Notes under the pieces: model-generated
What the model was told of the DNA's origin: nothing
What the model saw: the letters and a program-made list of their open reading frames with translations, nothing else
The model's database searches: none
Shown here: piece by piece, positions 59,992 to 64,000 of the stretch
Layout: each line of letters begins with the position of its first letter
Position numbering within the stretch: position 1 is the first letter of the stretch
Assembly (NCBI GenBank): GCA_018831195.1
Contig: JAHJDP010000031.1
Coordinates: forward strand, 7,151-71,150
Origin: Candidatus Eiseniibacteriota bacterium
GTDB taxonomy: Bacteria; Eisenbacteria; RBG-16-71-46; CAIMUX01; JAHJDP01
DNA length: 64,000 nucleotides
Reading direction: 5' to 3'
Program-made: the position numbers and the translations under genes

Positions 59992-61032
59992 CTAGAACCC
60001 TTCAAATCGAGCCGTCACGCCGGCTGCATCGTTCGGCTCCCCCGCGGGATCGTAAATCCAGACATCGTCGACAATCGCCTCAACACCGTGCACCTCTTTC
60101 AATCCCGTGATCACCCAGATCTTCCCCGAAACGGTAACGACCGCCGACTGGGAGCGCGCTTCCGGCAACGATGTCAGAGCGAACCAGCTTCGTGTCTCCG
60201 TATCAAACCATCCGTTTAACCGGCCCGCATTTCCATTGCCGGTCATCACGATGATCCGTCCCTCGAGATTGACGACCCGGGGATGCTCCCATCCGACGGG
60301 AAGGGCGTTGTCGATCACCTCCCAGGTGCGTTCGATGAGGTTATACACAGCGACCGAGTCGGTGCGCGCGTTGCCGCGCTGCCCGCCGATAACATAGACA
60401 TGCCCATCGAGGTGGAAGACGCTGAAATCCTGCAACGTGTAGGGGAGGCGCGTCTCCTGCGATACGCTGGGCGCATTGAGATCGATGATCTCAACCAGAT
60501 CGGTCGGCGCGCCGGGAGTGTCCAAGCCGCCCAGGACCATCAATCCCGCGGGAACGACGACCGCCGCTCCGTCTTTGTGTCCGGCCGCCATCTGCACATT
60601 GATAAAGTCGATCGACATATCGGCGGGATCGAAGACTTCAATCAGACGGCTGACGGGTCCGTCATCGGCCCGGCCGCTGACCGCATAGACCTTCCGTTCG
60701 GCGGCGGCGAAGACGGTGCCGATGTTGGTCTGAAACTTCAGCTGGGGATACTCAATCCACCGCGCCGAATCGGGATCAAAAACCTCGACGCCGGGATAAT
60801 GGCCGAAGGTGCTGGTGCGGCCGCCCCCGATCAGGTAGACCTTGCCCTCCCACTCCACGGCCCCGGACTTCTCGCGCGCATCGTGAATCGACACGCCATG
60901 GCTCCACGTGGGCCCCGGTTCGATCGGCGGAACGGTCGGAGATTCCTTTTCGCACCCGGATAGGATCGCTATGGCGGCAGCAACAACGACCAAAGCCAAG
61001 ATCCCCACACCCCATCGCATACGCCACCTCAT
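59992..61032 (-). CDS. Kelch-repeat lipoprotein
   Basis: Lipobox ILSG-C; about six Kelch repeats (VYLIGG...VEVFDP...W). Confidence 0.85.
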   Translation of the reverse strand: MRWRMRWGVGILALVVVAAAIAILSGCEKESPTVPPIEPGPTWSHGVSIHDAREKSGAVEWEGKVYLIGGGRTSTFGHYPGVEVFDPDSARWIEYPQLKFQTNIGTVFAAAERKVYAVSGRADDGPVSRLIEVFDPADMSIDFINVQMAAGHKDGAAVVVPAGLMVLGGLDTPGAPTDLVEIIDLNAPSVSQETRLPYTLQDFSVFHLDGHVYVIGGQRGNARTDSVAVYNLIERTWEVIDNALPVGWEHPRVVNLEGRIIVMTGNGNAGRLNGWFDTETRSWFALTSLPEARSQSAVVTVSGKIWVITGLKEVHGVEAIVDDVWIYDPAGEPNDAAGVTARFEGF

Positions 61033-61170
61033 CGCTTCGAAAATTCCAGGAAACCCGCACCCTCTGAATCTAGCCCCTCAAGGCTCCCCACATCAATACG
61101 GCAAACTTGACCCCGGGATTCCCACGCCATCTACTGATGGTCAAGAATGACCCCTAATAAGGAGCGGCCC

Positions 61171-63492
61171 ATGGTTTGGACCACGACACATGGTTATCCC
61201 GGGATCGGCTTGAAACGCGAGCTGAAGAAGGCGATTGAGTCATTCTGGGCCGGCGAGAGCAACGAGGACGATCTCTCTGAGACGGCCCGCGCCCTGCAGC
61301 AGCAGCATTGGCGCGAGCAGGCCGAGGCCGGCGTCGACCTGATCCCATCCGGCGACTTCACATTATATGATCGCATGCTTGATATGTCGCTGTGGCTCGG
61401 CGCGATACCGCGTCGGTTCCACAAGGAGAATTCACTGACCGGCCCCTCGCTCCTCTTCGCGATGGCCCGCGGCACAGCCCAATCCGTCGCCTGTCCGATG
61501 CGGAAGTGGTTCGACTCGAATTATCACTACATCATGCCCGAACTCGACGATTTTTGCCCCGGGGCCGGAGAGCCCGCCGGTTCCCGCTCCGGCGCCAAGG
61601 CCGGCGCCTTTGATCCCGACCCCACCGATCTGGTTCTCGCCTTTCGGGAAGCGCAGGCCGGCGGATGGGACACCAAGCCGACGCTGATCGGGCCGCTGAC
61701 ATTTTTGGCTCTGTCGAACGCCGATCCCTCCGCGATCCCGGATCTATTGCGGGCGTTGGGACCGGTCTACGGGCTGATCATTGCAGCGCTGGCGCGTGAG
61801 GGGGCGGATTGGATCCAGCTTGATGAGCCGGCGCTCATTCTCGATCACACTTCCGGTTATTGGGCGGCGATGGAAGAGGCGTACGCCGCGATCGCCGCGA
61901 AGAAGGGCGCCTCGAACCTCATCGTCGCGACGTCTTATGGTGATGTGGCGGAGGCGTGGCCGGCGCTCATCGATCTGCCGGTCGATGCGATCGCGCTCGA
62001 TCTCGTTCACGGCCCGCACAACCGCGATCGGCTGCTGCACTCGGTTTTCCCATCCGACAAGACGCTCATCGCCGGTGTCGTCGATGGACGGAATATCTGG
62101 CGGATGGATTTGGCGGCGGTCCTCAGCCTGCTCGAGGTCCTGACGCAGAAAATCTCGCCCGAGCGGCTGGCCCTTGCCCCATCGTGCCATCTCTTTCACC
62201 TTCCTTATACAATTGAACGGGAGACGTCGCTCGATCCCGGACTGGCGGACCGGCTCGCCTTCGCGCGGGAGCGGCTGGAGGAGTTACACATTTTACAGGT
62301 GGGGATCAACGGGGGGCGGGATGCGATTGCCGGGGCGTTGGAGGAAAATCGCCGGCGCTTCTCGGATCATGCGGCGCGCCCCGGGCAAACGAACTCCGCC
62401 GTCAGGGAGCGGATGCAGAAGCTCAAGGAAAGCGATTATGCCCGCCTGCCCTACGCCGAACGCAGCCCGCAGCAGGATGCCGCCCTGCGGCTTCCGGTCC
62501 TGCCGACCACGACCATCGGCTCCCTTCCCCAGACGCCTGATCTCCGCAAAGCCCGCGCGCGTTACCGCAGCGGAAAGATGAATGGAGCGATCTACCGGGG
62601 ATTGCTTCAGGAGAAGATCCGCAAGGCGATTGGTCTTCAAGAAGAGCTGGGGCTGGATGTGCTGGTGCATGGCGAGTATGAGCGCGCTGATATGGCCGAG
62701 TTTTTCGCCGAACGGCTGGAGGGGATGACGGTCACGCAGCATGCCTGGGTGCAATCCTTCGGCACCCGGTATGTCCGGCCGCCGATCATCTACGGCGACA
62801 TCCAGCGAAGGGGGCCGATGTCGGTTCAGGAAACGGTCTATGCGCAATCGCTGACAACGCGCCCTGTGAAGGGGATGTTGACCGGGCCGGTGACGCTCCT
62901 CAACTGGTCGTTTGCGCGGCCTGATCTTTCGCATGAGCAGATCGCCACTCAACTCGCCCTCGCCCTGCGCGACGAAACGATGGAACTGGAGGCCGCGGGC
63001 ATCAAGATGATACAAATTGATGAGCCGGCCTTTCGCGAAGGGTTTCCACTGAAGCGCGGCGAGTGGCCGCTCTATCTCAAATGGGCGGTCCGCGCCTTCA
63101 GGCTGGCTTCCTCCGGCGTGTCGCCGCAAACTCAGATCCACACGCATATGTGCTATTCCGATTTCAGCAGCGTCATCGCATCGATCGAAGCGATGGACGC
63201 CGATGTCATCACGATCGAAAACTCCCGTGCGCCGCTGGAGCTGCTGCGCGTCTTCGGCGCCACCGGTTATCCGCGCGGAATCGGCCCCGGTGTCTATGAT
63301 GTGCACAGCGAGCGCGTCCCCACGGTGGGTGAAATGAGGGTGCTGATTCACCGGGCGCTGAAGGTCCTCCCCCGCAAAAATCTCTGGATCAACCCCGACT
63401 GCGGCCTAAAAACCCGCCGGATGAAAGAGGTGCTGCCCGCGCTGACAAATATGGTGGCAGCGGCGGCGCAGGTGCGGGATGAATTGGATTGA
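61171..63492 (+). CDS. metE: Cobalamin-independent methionine synthase
   Basis: KWFDSNYHY, GVVDGRNIW, TTTIGSLPQT, HTHMCYS, WINPDCGLKTR. Confidence 0.97.
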   Translation: MVWTTTHGYPGIGLKRELKKAIESFWAGESNEDDLSETARALQQQHWREQAEAGVDLIPSGDFTLYDRMLDMSLWLGAIPRRFHKENSLTGPSLLFAMARGTAQSVACPMRKWFDSNYHYIMPELDDFCPGAGEPAGSRSGAKAGAFDPDPTDLVLAFREAQAGGWDTKPTLIGPLTFLALSNADPSAIPDLLRALGPVYGLIIAALAREGADWIQLDEPALILDHTSGYWAAMEEAYAAIAAKKGASNLIVATSYGDVAEAWPALIDLPVDAIALDLVHGPHNRDRLLHSVFPSDKTLIAGVVDGRNIWRMDLAAVLSLLEVLTQKISPERLALAPSCHLFHLPYTIERETSLDPGLADRLAFARERLEELHILQVGINGGRDAIAGALEENRRRFSDHAARPGQTNSAVRERMQKLKESDYARLPYAERSPQQDAALRLPVLPTTTIGSLPQTPDLRKARARYRSGKMNGAIYRGLLQEKIRKAIGLQEELGLDVLVHGEYERADMAEFFAERLEGMTVTQHAWVQSFGTRYVRPPIIYGDIQRRGPMSVQETVYAQSLTTRPVKGMLTGPVTLLNWSFARPDLSHEQIATQLALALRDETMELEAAGIKMIQIDEPAFREGFPLKRGEWPLYLKWAVRAFRLASSGVSPQTQIHTHMCYSDFSSVIASIEAMDADVITIENSRAPLELLRVFGATGYPRGIGPGVYDVHSERVPTVGEMRVLIHRALKVLPRKNLWINPDCGLKTRRMKEVLPALTNMVAAAAQVRDELD

Positions 63493-63535
63493 GGTTATCA
63501 GAGTCCCTGGGCATGGCTTTAGCGAACGCCAGCGA

Positions 63536-63574
63536 TGTTTCATAATGAAATTTGGCAAAATTCAATTTGAAACA
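63536..63574. promoter_or_regulatory. Tandem enhancer-like (bEBP UAS) imperfect palindromes
   Basis: TGTTTCA-taa-TGAAATT and AAATTCA-att-TGAAACA, centres 22 bp apart, about 130-165 bp upstream of a sigma54 box. Confidence 0.55.
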
Positions 63575-63700
63575 ATAGCAATTATCTAGGAATTCCTCGC
63601 CGCCGCGCCGCAGAGTTTTTATCCGCCCATAATTCTTTAAATCCTATAAATAAAAGCCTGTTAAGTCTATCAGAAAAACAGCCGCCCGGGAGTGCCCGTT

Positions 63701-63717
63701 TTGGCACAGCTTTCGCT
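63701..63717 (+). promoter_or_regulatory. Sigma54 -24/-12 promoter
   Basis: TTGGCACAGCTTTCGCT, i.e. GG-N10-GC with TGGCAC. Confidence 0.7.
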
Positions 63718-63809
63718 TCATAGGTAATCCGGATATTAAAAATAAGGAAAACTTGGGTGGCTGGTTTCCTTTAACTCCAGTGACCCAGCAACAAAAAGGA
63801 GAAATGAAA

Positions 63810-64000
63810 ATGACACTCGTAAGATGGCAACCCAAAACTCACGCCGTGATGGATCCGTTCTTTGGTTTCAACGATCTCAGCAGAGAGCTGAATCGCCTCT
63901 TCGAGGGGGACTCAACCAGCGGCTGCAGCGCCTGCAACTGGGCGCCGGCAATGGACGTGATCGAGAAGGATGACAATTACATCGTCACGATGGACCTGCC
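63810..64000 (+). CDS. Small heat shock protein Hsp20, partial
   Basis: Hand translation MTLVRWQP...DPF...LSRELNRLF...WAPAMDVIEKDDNYIVTMDL; AGGAG RBS; runs off the right edge. Confidence 0.9.
   Translation, partial: MTLVRWQPKTHAVMDPFFGFNDLSRELNRLFEGDSTSGCSACNWAPAMDVIEKDDNYIVTMDL

Noticed and set aside
61033-61170. SAM or cobalamin riboswitch before metE
   Set aside because: The divergent intergenic region is short and has no S-box or B12-box consensus.
62293-63351. Long antisense ORFs (also 19535-20455, 54835-55641, 6865-7620, 12388-13116)
   Set aside because: Shadow frames opposite well-supported genes in GC-rich DNA, with no motifs.

Overview
A gene-dense, roughly GC-rich bacterial chromosome segment of mostly housekeeping, envelope and signalling genes; no rRNA, tRNA or CRISPR array was seen. 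Secreted proteins ending in TWGxIK or an FlgD-Ig/T9SS-like tail suggest an Eisenbacteria/Latescibacterota/Krumholzibacteriota-like diderm (inference only). Contents, left to right: partial AAA ATPase, decayed integrase remnant, single-domain GT4, Ser/Thr dehydratase, PGI, glmS, squalene/phytoene synthase plus APC permease, several secreted proteins, tonB-exbB-exbD, dacA, tldD-tldE, S9 peptidase, thyX, an orphan chemoreceptor, mocA/xdhC, bcp, nitroreductase, two converging ECF sigma/anti-sigma/DUF4097 modules (one damaged), trmB-mtgA-CDF, a TonB receptor-YfiR-hybrid kinase operon, DUF1015-serA-serC, thiD-thiE-thiL, metE and the start of hsp20. The strongest leads are: (1) four secreted proteins from three unrelated sequence types share an exactly spaced C-terminal tag PT-x5-TWGx(I/V)Kx(L/I)Yx-stop, a candidate protein-sorting signal; (2) DUF1015 carries SerK/ParB-like HE and DGHHR motifs and sits where serB would be expected; (3) the TBDR-YfiR-kinase operon may be a trans-envelope signalling system; (4) a 4x14-bp repeat array lies upstream of one TWG-tag gene; (5) a complete sigma54 promoter with tandem enhancer sites precedes hsp20. 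All product calls come from motif recognition, not database searches.
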